Of a DNA stretch of 64,000 bases, positions 12,271 through 24,940 are shown piece by piece. The notes beneath the pieces are model-generated. The model saw only the letters and a program-made list of their open reading frames with translations. It was not told where the DNA came from and ran no database searches. Origin of the DNA: Callorhinchus milii. Its lineage: Eukaryota. The position numbers and the translations under genes are program-made. The stretch lies in NCBI RefSeq assembly GCF_018977255.1, contig NW_024704743.1, positions 97,838,001 to 97,902,000 on the forward strand, written 5' to 3'. Within the stretch, counting starts at the first letter, position 1; each line of letters opens with the position of its first letter.

Positions 12271-12501
12271 TTGTTTGTTGTTGCTTCACATTGTTGTTGA
12301 CAGATTGAATTGTATGAGTGGTACCCAGGCACACTCTCTTAACAGTGAACCTACTGAACAAAGAGATACGTTTTGGTTTCTTTCTGCCTTAAAATTATCT
12401 TTTTTTGGCTTTACTATCTCTTTTCCATTTAGAATCTTATAAACCTGCTCCTCATAGCTCAATCTCTAGGAAACAATCTTTTATCAAAGATCCCATTGAA
12501 C

Positions 12502-12585
12502 CTTAGAATCGTTACAGCCCAGAAGAAGGTCATTGAGCCCATTTGTGCTGGCTGCCCCTATGTTGGCTCTTTGAAAGAGCAATCC
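12502..12585 (-). mobile_element. CR1 3' UTR fragment
   Basis: Reverse complement of the GCTCTTTCAAAGAGCC..ATGGGC..AATG.CCT.CTTCTG tail seen at 30450-30510. Confidence 0.6.
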
Positions 12586-12609
12586 ACAAAATATAAATAA
12601 TATAGTCTT

Positions 12610-12735
12610 CACCCACAAAAAATACAGTCAATTCACTTTACAGTATATTCTGTGAAGCACTTTGAGACATCTCAATGATGTGATAAGGCACTATATCAAA
12701 TGCAAGGATTCGTCTTTTTATTATTATTATTATCC
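12610..12735 (+). mobile_element. 5'-truncated SINE tail
   Basis: ATACAGTCAATTCACTTTACAGTATATTCTGTGAAGCACTTTGAG...ATCAAATGCAAGGATT. Confidence 0.85.
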
Positions 12736-13139
12736 TCACATCCAATTGATAGCTCCCAGTTGGATGAGTTACCTTCAACCAGAGGCTGTTTGGTGAGTGC
12801 GGCCACATGCTGAAATGATGTAGATGGGTTTTCTCAGAAAGATTATCCACATGCTGGACATCAGATCTTTTCCCCTTTAATGTGTTTTATAACATTTTAA
12901 TAACTTTTGTATTCTTTGTGCCATCCTCAAACAAATTAAATATCTCAATGTTTAAAACAATCTGAGTTAGCACTAGATCATTGTGAATCCACATTCAAAG
13001 TTGTAGTTTGCTACAAGCTACTCATTGTAGTCAGCTCTGAAAGGCACAAGTTACAAATATTTCATTGGCTGGCACATTTGTTAACTTATCTTAGCACGTT
13101 GTTAATGACATAAGAAATTTAGTTTACTACTAATCGCAG

Positions 13140-13890
13140 TACACAGACACACAAACTTTCTCACTCAAACATCAAACCCAGGCATGCATACACTCTCATA
13201 CATACACACACACCCACCCATACACACACACACTCTCTCACACAAACATCTCGGGCATGCATACATAGAAAAACACAGAACATGCATCCATTGTGGAGTC
13301 CTGCAGCTCAGTGGTTAGAGCACTCGCTTTGCAAGCGAGAGACCTGAGTTCAATTCCAGGCAGGGCGAAACCTTGGGCAAGTTTCCTTACTCCACACGCC
13401 TAATAATAATCCCTCCAAAACCCAAAACAATAATAAATTGGTCATTTTCAATCTACGACTGTTTGTGGGACATTGCTGTGCGCAATTGGCTGCCGCGTTC
13501 GCCCACAAATATACAGTCAATTCACTTTACAGTATATTCTGTGAAGCGCTTTGGGACGTCCTCCCGACGTGAAAAGTGCTATATCAAATGCAAGGATTAT
13601 TATTATTATTATTATTATATTATTATTATAAAAACAAACAAATATACTCACACAAACTCACAAGACACACATCATTTTAATCACACATACCACACACTTT
13701 TTCACACGTACAACACACTGTCACATATACACAGGCATGTATATACTCACACACACTTGCAGACCCACACAAACACACTCACACAGAAACACACATGCTT
13801 ACACATACACAAACACACACACAAACACACACCACACACACACTTACTACATACTCACACTAACACACGCATATATACTCATGAACACAT
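13140..13890. repeat. Degenerate (CA)n-rich low-complexity tract split by a SINE
   Basis: CA/ACAC runs at 13140-13290 and 13630-13890; source of the His/Thr-rich pseudo-ORFs. Confidence 0.9.
13293..13629 (+). mobile_element. Young tRNA(Ala)-like SINE, short form, full length
   Basis: Perfect anticodon-like arm CTCGC-TTTGCAA-GCGAG, A/B boxes, long (TAT)n tail. Confidence 0.95.
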
Positions 13891-14112
13891 TAGTACAGTA
13901 CTTGAAATCTGCAATTCCTAACCCGTATTCAAATAAATTAACTATTTGGGATGTGTTGCTGATTGAAAGAGGCTCCTTTGATAATAGAAGGGGCAAAGGA
14001 AGGAGCTGGAAGGATTAGAATAACACTGGAAAATATCACACAATTTTTAAAACAGCCATTGTTTGCACTTGACACAAACCACTTGATTCTTTACCATGTA
14101 TAATAATAAACT

Positions 14113-15230
14113 CAACAACAACAAATTACATTTGTGTAGCGCCTTTCATGTCTGCAGGACGTCCCAAGGCGCTGGATAGTTAGGGATCAGGAGGAGTGGA
14201 GGGCGTGGAGGGTAGGAGTAGAAGGGTGACTGAATGCACAGTCGAAAAGGAGGGTCTTGAAGGAGGCAAGGGAGGGGGTGAGGCAGAGGGACTGTGGGAT
14301 GGAATTCCAGTGGGTGGGGGCAGAGAGGCTAAAGCCGGACTACCAATGATGGGCCGGGCAAGACGGGGGATGTGAAGCAGGTTGGAGCCCGCTGAGTGGA
14401 GAGAGTGGACAGGTTGGTAGGGGTTAGGAGGTCATAGAGATAGGGAGGAGCAAGGCTGTGGAGGGCTTTGAAGGTGAGGACCAGGATCATGAACGGTATC
14501 TTCTGAGTCATGGGGAGCCAGAGGAGTCTGGTGAGGATGGGGTTGATAGGGTCACAGATCCTGGTGTGGGAGAGGACACGGGCTCCCCAGGATCTGGGGA
14601 GGCCGACAAGCAGGGAATTTGCGTAGTCGAGTCTGTGATGAACTCGTGGATGAGGGTCTCGGGGACCTGTGGTAAGAGATAGTGGCAGAGCCGGGCAATA
14701 TTGCAGAGGTGGGGAAAGGTGGAGCGAGTCAAGGCATAGGCATGGGGGATGAAAGGACAATTGAGTGTTGAACAGGATGCGGAGGTTCCGTATTAGCTCC
14801 GTGAGGTGTAGAGTGCATCCATGAAGGGTGATGCTGGCAGCGCACGAGGTATGGAGGTGCTGACTAGAGCCAAGCAGGAGGGCATCTGTCTCATTGACAT
14901 TGAATTGGAGAAAGTTAGCTCTCATCCAGGACTTGATGTCCGACAGGCAATCTGTGAGGTCAGCAGTGGTCCCAGAGTCGAGGGTGGAGGCACAGATGTA
15001 GAGTTGGGTGTCATCCACATACATGTGGAAATTGACCCCATGTCTACGGATGATGTCACCAAGGGGGAGCATATAAATGTTGAAAAGGAGGGGACCAAGG
15101 ATAGAGCCCTGAGGGACGCCACACATGATCATTTGGGGACTGGAGGAGAAGTCGTTAGTAGAGACAAAGTGGAGATGTTGGAAGAGGTAGGATTTGAACC
15201 AGGCAAGGGCAGGTCCCCATGAAGGTTGAG
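14113..15230 (-). mobile_element. L2 LINE, 5'-truncated, decayed ORF2 reverse transcriptase
   Basis: GVPQGSILGPLLFNIYMLPLG...FHMYVDDTQLY...CLSDIKSWM..NFLQFN; RLDYANSLL; LAPPYL; 3' hairpin and (TTG)n tail. Confidence 0.95.
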
Positions 15231-16034
15231 CTCAATCCACTAATGTGAATTCAGAATTATACAAACAGGGCACTTAATTGAAGCAGCTTAATAAACTGTT
15301 TGTCTATGCAATTCAATTGTTTGTTACCCTACAAATGAACAAGTATGGTATACAGTCAGAATAATGCATTATTCATAGTGGTTTAAAGCTAAAAATTGAA
15401 GTCTGCGTCATTTAAGCTTGGAATAAATCCAAAGCAAGTGAATGATGGTAAAGCAACCCGATAGATTGGTGTAGATATGCAAGTGTTAAAATCCATTAAC
15501 AGATACTGATACTAACACCATCTGTCCTGCATGATTCTCACTGTCACATTATAGACAACAAACTTTAATGGTTATAATGAGGAACACTCTGTACTGAAGG
15601 CTCAGTCTCACCAGAGCACAATTGAGGGGTAAAATATTTCAGAAGCCAGGTTGCCGGTTTCCTAATATTGTACATAAATTAAGACAGGAAGCAGGTCTAT
15701 GAAAATGATTTCTGCAGGATAAAGTTCAGGTGTTTAACAGAGGAAATGACTTAATAAAAAACACAAGAAAAGCCTAAAGTTAGACAATGAAACCTTACTG
15801 TGTTTCCACTGATAACGTGTGTGTAATCTTTGCTGTGACAGGAGGTGATTAGTATTTTGTTAACAATTTATCATTGAGGTTACCCAATGTCTCAGTGTTT
15901 ATTCACTGAGTTACTGACAAATTTGCTTTTTGAAGAGTCGGCATTTCTCAACCATTGTCATTGGAACTAATCTTTGTTTAAAGGACCAGAATTTTGCATT
16001 CTTCAGAATTATACTGGCATCTGTGCTTATGATA

Positions 16035-16343
16035 TAATAACTATAGACCTTGCATTTGATATTGGGCTTTTCACGTCTTCTAGACGTCTCAAAGCGCTTC
16101 ACAGAATAGACTGTAAAGTGAATTGACTGTATATTTGTGGGCGAAACGTGGCAGCCAATTGCGCAAAGCAGTGTCCCACACACAGTCGTGGATTGAGTGA
16201 CCAAATTATTATTTTTTTCTTAAGGGATTATTATCAGGCATGTGGAGTAAGGAAACTTACCCAAGGGTTTGCCTTGCCAGGAATTGAACCCAGGTCTCTC
16301 GCTTGCGAGGCGAGTGCTCTAACCACTGAGCTACAGGACTCCA
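16035..16343 (-). mobile_element. tRNA(Ala)-like SINE, short form
   Basis: Reverse complement of the full element, ending CTAACCACTGAGCTACAGGACTCCA on the plus strand. Confidence 0.93.
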
Positions 16344-16569
16344 ATATTTATTACATTGACTAGTCCAGGTGTGCTGAATGAGAAGGTCTCCTGCTCTTCC
16401 ATAGAAGTCCTTCTCAATGATTATTTCTCACAAGCCCACTGGACATGCATTGGATCAACAACAAAAACTTGCATTTATATAGCACCCTTCACGCGAGCAA
16501 GAGTCCTGGAGCCTTCACAGTGGTGGATTCTGACAACGAGCCAAAGAGAGAGGGAGCCATACCATATGG

Positions 16570-16700
16570 CTAATTGTAGGACAAATTCACTGCCGCATTC
16601 GCCCACAAAATATACACAGCCAAATCCTGTGAAGCACTTTGAGTCATCCTGACAACTTGATAAGGTGCTATATCAAATGCAAAGGTTATTCTTCTTATTA
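16570..16700 (+). mobile_element. SINE 3' tail fragment
   Basis: CTGCCGCATTCGCCCACAAAATATACA..GTGAAGCACTTTGAG..ATATCAAATGCAAAGGTTATT. Confidence 0.75.
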
Positions 16701-17924
16701 TAGTCCTGTTAAAAAAATAGGAATGAACCATGAAAAACCCTAGCCTTGAAAATCTAGACATTACATTAATTTAATTTCTACTCTGTTGGTTTCGATTTGA
16801 GAAAATAAGATGCTGAGAGAAGTTGTTGGAATAAAAAAAGCCTGAAAGCAGGGCATCACTTAGCTGTGAGCTCCGAGGGATTTAAAAGCTGTGTACTATC
16901 CAGGAAGAAAAGCTGCAAAGAATAAAGATGAAGAAATCCCCATAAGTCTTGTTTTATGCAGAAACTAATTTAGTAAAAAGGTTGCTTAACGTTTCTGAAG
17001 TTCTTTGCAAATGGCAAATAAGCAATATAACAAAAGTTTATCTTTCCCAGAAGTAAGAGTAGTTGCGAGATGGAGTTCAAACAATGTGAACAATGGTCTT
17101 GGGATGAGGTGCCGAAGGTCTGTCATGCCTGTAGAACTGCAGGCCACCTAGTTTCAGTGAGTATCTTCAGGAGAAGAAGATGGGGAAACATTGCCAAAAG
17201 AATTATAAAAGTTCAAAGACTAAATGCTATTTGGCTGAGTAAAACTTTGTGTGGGTGAAAGTGAATAAATATGCTGTGTTAGCTACTGCCTCAAGGCAGA
17301 TCGTGCCTTTACTGCCTACACAGAAGTACGAGTCTGTACGTAAACAATGTCAGAATATTTGATTTAGTCAATGAAAATCTAGGAGCCCATTCTTTAGTAC
17401 TTTATTTATGAATGTTAAGCATTCCTGTCTATACTTTTCATGGAATATATTTCTCAATTTTGAAAAAAATATACATACTTTTGTGCTTATAAAAAATGCA
17501 AAATATGCAGTATAGCTTGTGTGTTTCATAGCTGAATAAAAATAATAAAGACATTTTTTTCTGCCCATTTGAATTTTATTTATAATGGGCACAGCACACT
17601 GAAGGTCTGGTACTCAGGAAGCATGATATCTCTGGAGGATGACCATTTGTGAACTTTTGAGACTAACACAGTATGCAGCATTGTTCATAAATTTGATATA
17701 TTCTAAAATTGTGCTCCTCAACTGTATAAATCATAAACAGAAGTCAATTATTCCACTATTACATTCCATCCTACAGGTAGACATTTCTTTTAAATTGCTC
17801 CATAAATATCTTCAATGGCCCTTGCTGAGGAAGATGCAATGATAACATGGGGCTCAAGGTCTGGTTACACAAGTAAATGTAAATGGAAAAGTAATAATTT
17901 ATTGGTTTTATATTTGAATTGCGA

Positions 17925-18293
17925 TTCATTGTATTTTGTGGGCGAAATGCGGCAGCCAATTATTGAGATGTCTCAAAGTGCTTCTCAGAATATACTGTAA
18001 AATGAATTGATTGTACATTTTGTGGGCAAAATGTGGAAGCCAAGTGTGCACAGCAGTGTCCTAAAAGAGTCGTTGATTGAGTGATCACATTTTTTAAAAC
18101 AAAATTGGTGGGGGATTATTACCCCCGGAAAGCGATCTGCCAATCAACTAACAACCAGGTTTTTTTTACTGCTAAATAACCCATGGCGTATGGAGTAAGG
18201 TAACTTGCCTAAGGTTTTGCCCGCCTAGGAATCGAACCTGGGTCCTCTCACTTGCGAGGCGAGCACATTAACCACTATGCTAGACGACTCCAC
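17925..18293 (-). mobile_element. tRNA-SINE, long (older) form, rearranged at its 3' end
   Basis: Head at 18225-18293; extra internal segment GATCTGCCAATCAACTAACAACCAGG; part of the body duplicated at 17925-17960. Confidence 0.85.
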
Positions 18294-18294
18294 T

Positions 18295-18822
18295 TTATTA
18301 CCATGCTTAAGACTATCCAACCAGACTGAAAGCTCCACATATGTATGCCTCCTCTGCATGGAAATTTCCATGTGTCGAGAATGAGAAAATGCTCTCTCCC
18401 TGGAGGGATGCATCTGCTTATCTAATTCCATTGGGCAAGAGCCCAGGCTTGGGGACTCCAGAGTATGCATTGGGGAAATGCTGGAGTTTAACCAGCTAAA
18501 ACTGTACAACTTGCCTTTGAAAGCTTCCAGCTGCTTATCCAGGTGGGGGACCTGTTAGGGCACTCGCTTGCAGGCTTAACAGGAGGTGAGTGGGAATAAT
18601 CTCTGCTCCCACTCTCTTCCCTGCCCTTCCATGTCCTGCTGATGAGCTAGGTTGGCTGCTCTGCATGAACAATATCATGGAGTACTGTAGAACTAGATTG
18701 CCGAGGCTGCCACTGATGATTGCCAGGATTTTGACATTCCATTGCCAAGAACGTCATCTTGAAGCCAAATCAGCTCCAAGGAGAGCTGCTTACTTCCCCT
18801 CCAAGGAAGATCGTGCAACCAC
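18295..18822 (-). repeat. Family X copy
   Basis: ACCATGCTTAAGACTATCCAACCAGACTG..CCCTGGAGGGATGCATC..GCTGGAGTTTAACCAGCTAAAA shared with 27575 and (reverse complement) 44800. Confidence 0.8.
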
Positions 18823-20117
18823 CTTTAATATTCGTGAGGCAGAGGTAGCCGATTTGTAAACTGTTGACTCTAGAATATCCTTTAAGTTTTTTTTGCTTAA
18901 TGTTTATTTTCCAGTCGATCTGCTGAGGAAAGCAAACACTCCTTGGCCAAAAATTATATTTCTAGCAGCCTGGCAGGTCTTGGGCCTAGCATGCTCAATT
19001 GTTAAATGGTTAATTTTGTCATGCTTTTTGTGATACTGTAATTTGCATCAATTGTCTAATTGTGGTGGGAAGATTACAACAGTTTGCTTCAATGTGAATT
19101 TTGATTCAATGAGGTCACTCTGCTAATTCCTATTCTTCAGGTTATTTAACATATTTTTGATTCAGATCTGCACTAAACACCTATTATAAATCAATCTCTC
19201 CATGGGCCCTGGCTTTTCGGCACATGCTATTGTTATTCACTGGCCTCGGAACATACCCTGCAGAAACTATAATGGCTCTTTCTTCTGCACAGTGGGAGAT
19301 TTATATTGTTTATAGTTGGCAGCTCATTTGGCTGAATGCCTCAAATCTTTTAGGGTAAACAAGTAAAGTTGGCTATAATAATAGTACTGAATATAATATT
19401 GCATTTGATATAGCACAGGGGAATGTTTAAAAACTCTTCACATGATCTATTGTAAAGTGTAGTGTTTTTCAGGTGAGTGCAACTTAAGCTGTTTCTGTGT
19501 TAAATGGAAACTGATATCCCTTGATAACGATGCATCTCTCATTAATTCTTATTAAAATAATGTCAACTCCTTCTTTACGTCATCTGTGTTCAGGAAGTGA
19601 GTTGTGGTAATTCTGATTTCCTAGAGGTACATCATAGAAATATTTTCCATTCACTTGGCCAGTTCCATTCTACCACTTGTTTACAGATCTATCGAAGATT
19701 CCCAGCTGGACCCTGTTTTTCTACTGTATCGGTTTCTTCTGTCTCTATTTCAGTATACATAGGTAGAACACAGGTCCCAGAGGTTCAAACTATTTCCACT
19801 CATCAGAGTCTGAAACAAAACGTTGAGATCCTTCAGCAAAATTCTACTCTCCTCCTCCTGATGTGAAAGGTTCTATTATAAATGTAAACAGTTGTGTTAG
19901 TTGACATTTTGCCTATGGTCATTCCCCCTACATCCTTGTTTGATGTATGACATTTTGTCTGTGTAGCACTTGAGCTAGTATACTATCTGAAGGGTGCTGT
20001 ATAAATGCAAGTTGCTATTGTACATAACCGTGTTAGTCTGTGTGTTACTAGTTTCATAGTAAGCAGGAAGAGGTATTGCGGCCTGCCTGAAATTTTTCCT
20101 TCTTTTACTGCAAGACT

Positions 20118-20476
20118 AGTCCTGTAGCTTAGTGGTTAGAGCACTCACCTCGCAAGCAAGAGGACCTGGGTTCATGTCCCAGGTAGGGCGAAACGTTGGG
20201 CAAGTTTCATTTCTCCACACGCCTCTATTTACCTAACAGTAAATAGAAGCCTGGTTGCTAGCAGATTAGCGGATCACTTTTCTGGGGCTAATAGGCCCCT
20301 CAAAAATATATATAAATAATAATTTGGTAACTCAATCCACGACTGCTAACAACTGGTTGCCATGTTTTGCCCCCAAAATATAGTGAATTCACTTTACAGT
20401 ATATTCTGCGAAGCTCTTTGAGATGTCTTGAAGACGCGTTAAGGTGCTATATCAAATGTAAAGATTATTATTATTA
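20118..20476 (+). mobile_element. tRNA-SINE, long form
   Basis: Same head and tail as the short form plus an ~65-bp segment (20225-20289) CTATTTACCTAACAGTAAATAG...GCGGATCACTTTTC. Confidence 0.9.
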
Positions 20477-21057
20477 AGACTAGTCTCAATTTTATAGTGT
20501 CAATCCCAAATGTCTGAGCAGGGCTCAAATTATCTGTTGGACAGGAAATAATCTATGGGTTATAACCAAGCAAAAAAAATCAGTCTTGCATCTCATTGAA
20601 CAATTCTTGTTTACCACTTTAATTTGCGCAGTTTAAGATATGAAAGATGACATGTAAAGCTCAGCTGATCACATTTAGGATGAATTTATAGTCCAAAATG
20701 TCACCTTAAAATCTTGAATTGCAAGCAAAATGTATTTACAAACAGTAAGTGGTCATCAGAGCAGGAATTGTGCTGAATTGTGTCTGAGCACACGGAATGT
20801 GCTCTGCTATCACATCCCCCACCGCCTGGAAACGCTTCCTTTCAATTAGATCTGCCACAGGTAATTGTTGTACTTGGTAATTATAGTTAAGGGGCAGTAA
20901 CTAGCAATCTATATGTTACATTTCTGTCAGAAAATGCAGTGACTCTACCGCATCTTGCAGACATTGTGGCCAAGCGATTGTCTAACTTTGTTTTTTGTGC
21001 AGCGGATAAAAGGGATTTTACTTCAAAGGATTAACGGACTATCTTTATAACAAAAAA

Positions 21058-21362
21058 TTATCCTTGCATTTAATATAGTGCTTTTTATGTCTTCTAGGCG
21101 TCTCAAAGCGCTTCACAGAATATACTGTAAAGTGAATTGACTGTACATTTGTGGGCGAAACGCGGCAGGCAATGTCCCACAACAGTGTCCCACAAACCGT
21201 TGTGGATTGAAGTGACCAAATTATTATGTTTTTTTTCTTATGGGATTATTATCAGGCGTGTGGAGTAAGGAAACTTGCCCAAGGTTTCACCCTGCCAGGA
21301 ATCAAACCCAGGTCTCTTGCTTGTGAGGCGAGTGCTCCAACCACTGAGCTATAGGACGCCAC
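21058..21362 (-). mobile_element. tRNA-SINE, short form
   Basis: Full reverse-complement copy, ATCCTTGCATT... to CCACTGAGCTATAGGACGCCAC. Confidence 0.92.
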
Positions 21363-21784
21363 AAACTTTCTTGCATTGTGGGTACCAAATGGCATACAGT
21401 AAGTATCATATTGCCCAGCAAGTTGTAATACCCTTACATTCTAGAAAATATAATGTAGCAGTTACTCAACTGTATGTTACAGATTTATTCACATTTTTTT
21501 AACATATCACATGTTCCGAAAGGTTGAAATAGCCATAGTTTTAAAACCTGCAGGTCTGTATGGTTTAAAATGGCTTTCAATGATAAGGAAAACAATTATA
21601 AAGAGTGAATCCAAAAAAATCATGTGTGATTTTCTGTTTCTCATTGAAAGATGATCACTTTTTATACATATAAATAGAAGCTCTAGAGATAAATACTTCC
21701 AGATTCAAAAGAAATGTTAAAATTATTATTTTATTGCATGTTCTAAATTGGATTTTTTTTAAAAAGTAGTATCAATTCTTCATT

Positions 21785-21890
21785 TGTTTTCTTTGGTCAG
21801 CCAGGTGCCTGACATGTGGACAACTATCACTGTGCTTAAGAATATCCAAACCAGACTGAGAGTTCCATGCATCCAACATACACATGCTAA
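21785..21890 (-). repeat. Family X 3' end fragment
   Basis: TTTGGTCAGCCAGGTGCCTGACA..GCTTAAGAATATCCAAACCAGACTGAG matches the reverse complement of ~45005-45088. Confidence 0.7.
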
Positions 21891-21894
21891 CATG

Positions 21895-22062
21895 AACCCG
21901 GTTGTTAGTTGATTGGCGGATCACTTTTCCGTGGGTAATAATTCCTTCAAAAAAAATAATAATAATTTGGTCACTTCAATCCACAACTGTTTGTGGGACA
22001 CTGCTGTGTGCAATTGGCTGCTGTGTTTCGCCCACAAAATATACAGTCAATTCACTTCACAG
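21895..22062 (+). mobile_element. tRNA-SINE long-form internal fragment
   Basis: GGTTGTTAGTTGATTGGCGGATCACTTTTCC...CTGTTTGTGGGACACTGCTGTGTGCAATTGGCTG. Confidence 0.85.
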
Positions 22063-23477
22063 AATGTTGCAAAAGGGTCCAGGGAAACAGAAGATACTAA
22101 AGCAGTAAGCTTCAATTAAAGAATGACAGCCCAATTGCTTCATTCTAAATTCTATTTCTATGAATCTATGAGAAAGAGCTTCATTAGAAATATTACTAAT
22201 ATTACTAGAAATACATGATGAAATCTCCAAACCTGGAGAAATAGTCACTCCATGCTCTGGAACAGTGTTTGTTCAATTAAGATTCAGGAGTTTAGATTGA
22301 TTTCTCCAGTAATATGGTGAAAATATGATACTGTAGGTTTCTGTACTCATTGATGGCCTTTGACACAGAAATGAATGGTTCCCACTATTATAGTTTACTG
22401 GTTGAGGGTGATATTTCACTCGATGCTAAGTGCAGTGAATTTGACAGTGTATGCTTTTTCTCACCAACACCATATAATCATCAAAGTCACTACACTAAGC
22501 ATCAGGCAGATTATCTTGCCCAGTCTATTTAATTTCTTGTTTATAGTGGGAACAGGTGCACTAATGCAGTCTTTGTATACAAACCAACAAGTGCGTGTTG
22601 AGTTAAGCTACTCATTTATATTGATGTCCCAGCAGGGAACCTCTGCCAGTAGTGTGCCATTATATTCAGCATTACGCTGATGAAAAGCTTCGACAGATTT
22701 CTCCTTGTTATTCAGTAAACTCCAGGAAATATTTTGGATTCAGGTCCTCCAAAACATCTTCAAATTCCATATCATCATTCATTGAATTTGGTTTCATGAA
22801 ACCTGGTGCTGGCAGTGTAGTAAAATAGGCAAAACTAATAGGATCCTCTTTGCTTGATCAGTCTTGTAGCAAACTCATTTATCTCAATGCAATCAATTTT
22901 CATCTCGGTGCCTTTATACACATCTGGAATGCTATGATGTGGATCGACTCTATGGGTTTACGACACAGCATTCTCTTTCTCTGATAGCTCTGGAGAGAAT
23001 AACATTGAGGCATGCATCAGGATTTTGAGCTCACAAGACTAGGCTGACACTGCAAATACAGTACTGTTCAAGTGTATCTCTAAAGATCCCTTGGTATTGT
23101 TTGAAAAGACAAGGGTGTTTCTCCCACTGGGAAGGCCAAAGATTCTCCAGGTAAATTGATTGTTCATCACAAAGCTGTTTATTGGCACTGTATATTGACA
23201 AATTGGATTCCATGTTCACCTACAAATCGACAGTTTCCAGCAATTGTGAAGTTCTTACATGTTTTTACATCCCAGAATGTAAGTATTATTATTATTTTTG
23301 CAATGGGTTCTTAATAGAAAGGATTTGGTAACTTACTTGGTCGATATCTTGGTTAATGCCCAGAAATTTCTGAATTTGAATCCTAGTGGATTTCCTCAGT
23401 CCTTCAGCCTTTCACTTTCCATAAAATGACCAAAAACGAAAATAGAGAAAGTAGTTGCAGATTGGCCACCACTGGTC

Positions 23478-23680
23478 TAAACTGACACTCCAGTATGCTG
23501 TATTGTTGGAGGGACTATCCTCAGATGAGACATTAAACCAAAGTCCTCTCTGCTATTCAGATGGATGCTAAAGAACTCATGGCACAACTCAAGAAGAGAA
23601 AGACGTTTCTCCTAGAGTCCTGTCTAACAATTCCCCAGATAAAATTGGTAGTTCACTTCATGGCTGTTTGTGGGACATTG
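23478..23680 (+). mobile_element. Deu-SINE fragment
   Basis: CAGATGAGACATTAAACCAAAGTCC..GATGCTAAAGAACTCATGGCAC. Confidence 0.75.
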
Positions 23681-24599
23681 AGGTTAGGTTCCACAGTCAC
23701 CTAGCACTCTGCAATACTTTGTAAGAGTGGCCAGCATTTACATGTGAGCCTTGGCAGTGAGTGCTGACTGGCTAACTGAGGCCAATTCTAACACCATTGC
23801 TTCTTACTGCTGAAATCAACTAGCACAGCACAGAATTGGAGACCAAACACAGGGACTCTAAAGCTGAGCTAATCACTGTACAAACCCACTGGAAGATTGT
23901 GGAGGCCAATAAATGGTTAAATAACTTACACTGATTTAGAATTTTTGTTGCTTCAAAATCCTCAGATGTGCAATTTAGCATGACAAGTGACGTTAGTACT
24001 TTGGTATTTAGTATCCTTAGTGTTCATTTTCACATGCAAACTTACTTCATGGGTATTCAGTGGTCATATTCCTAAGCTTGCAATGCTTTGAATTGAATTC
24101 AGATTATTATTAATTTCATGCTTCAACTACAGAACTGAATGTGGGTAGTGGTCCTTGATTTCAGCGGTGACCTACATTTAACAATATCATAGTGTTATCA
24201 TCGTCACATTTATGCCATGATTCGATTTCTGCATCTGAGAAGTGATATTTTTGTACCCATATTTTAGTTATTTGCTCCCATTACATCTATGAATTATTGA
24301 CATCTAACCAAAGAGATTTTCACTTTTAATTGAGGGCATGGAACAATTATAGATTTCCTAACGATCGTCAATGCAACTCCATAATTGACGACAGAAGTCA
24401 TGCTCTGTGAAGAACATTGTATCACTCTATAGAGTTCCCCTGGTTCTGTGAGATAGCAGTATGGATGGCACTGTTCAGCACAATCAAGTCTGAAGAGGGT
24501 ACCAAATACCAGTCACGTTTGGGAGCTGGTCAAGTGAGAAAAATAGCAATTCAATGCGAAATTCTGAACTAAATAAGTTGGCAAATTTTAATTCTATTA

Positions 24600-24940
24600 A
24601 ATACAGCCTAAGCTGACAATCGAAGACAATCCTGGGGCTGCGCTGTATTGGAGATGCGATCTTTCAGATGAGATATTAAACCAAGGTCCCTTCTGCCTGT
24701 TCAGGTGGCTGTTAAAGTTCCCATGGCACTGTTTGTAAAGAGAAGGGAGTTTCTCCTGGTGTCCTGGCCAACAATACAGGTCATTCACATCTTGGTTGTT
24801 TGTAGGAAATTGCTGTGAACAAATTGGTTGTTGTGTTCACCTACAAAATACACACTTACATCTTATAGAAAATCCCTGTGAATTGCTCTGAAGACGTCTT
24901 CCCGACGTGAAAGGTGCTACATCAAGTGCAAGGATTATTT
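24600..24940 (+). mobile_element. Deu-SINE lacking head
   Basis: TTTCAGATGAGATATTAAACCAAGGTCCC..CCCATGGCACT..GGTGTCCTGGCCAA; tail GACGTCTTCCCGACGTGAAAGG..TGCAAGGATTATT. Confidence 0.85.

Noticed and set aside
13293..13365. tRNA-Ala gene (and the similar heads of all young SINEs)
   Set aside because: D, anticodon and T arms are present, but there is no closed acceptor stem and the sequence runs into a multi-copy SINE body
13373..14018. 182-aa and 93-aa His/Thr-rich ORFs
   Set aside because: Translation of a SINE plus a (CA)n-rich tract
14329..15132. Functional reverse transcriptase gene
   Set aside because: 5'-truncated, frameshifted and internally deleted L2 relic; the same applies to 41762-42373 and 46544-46915
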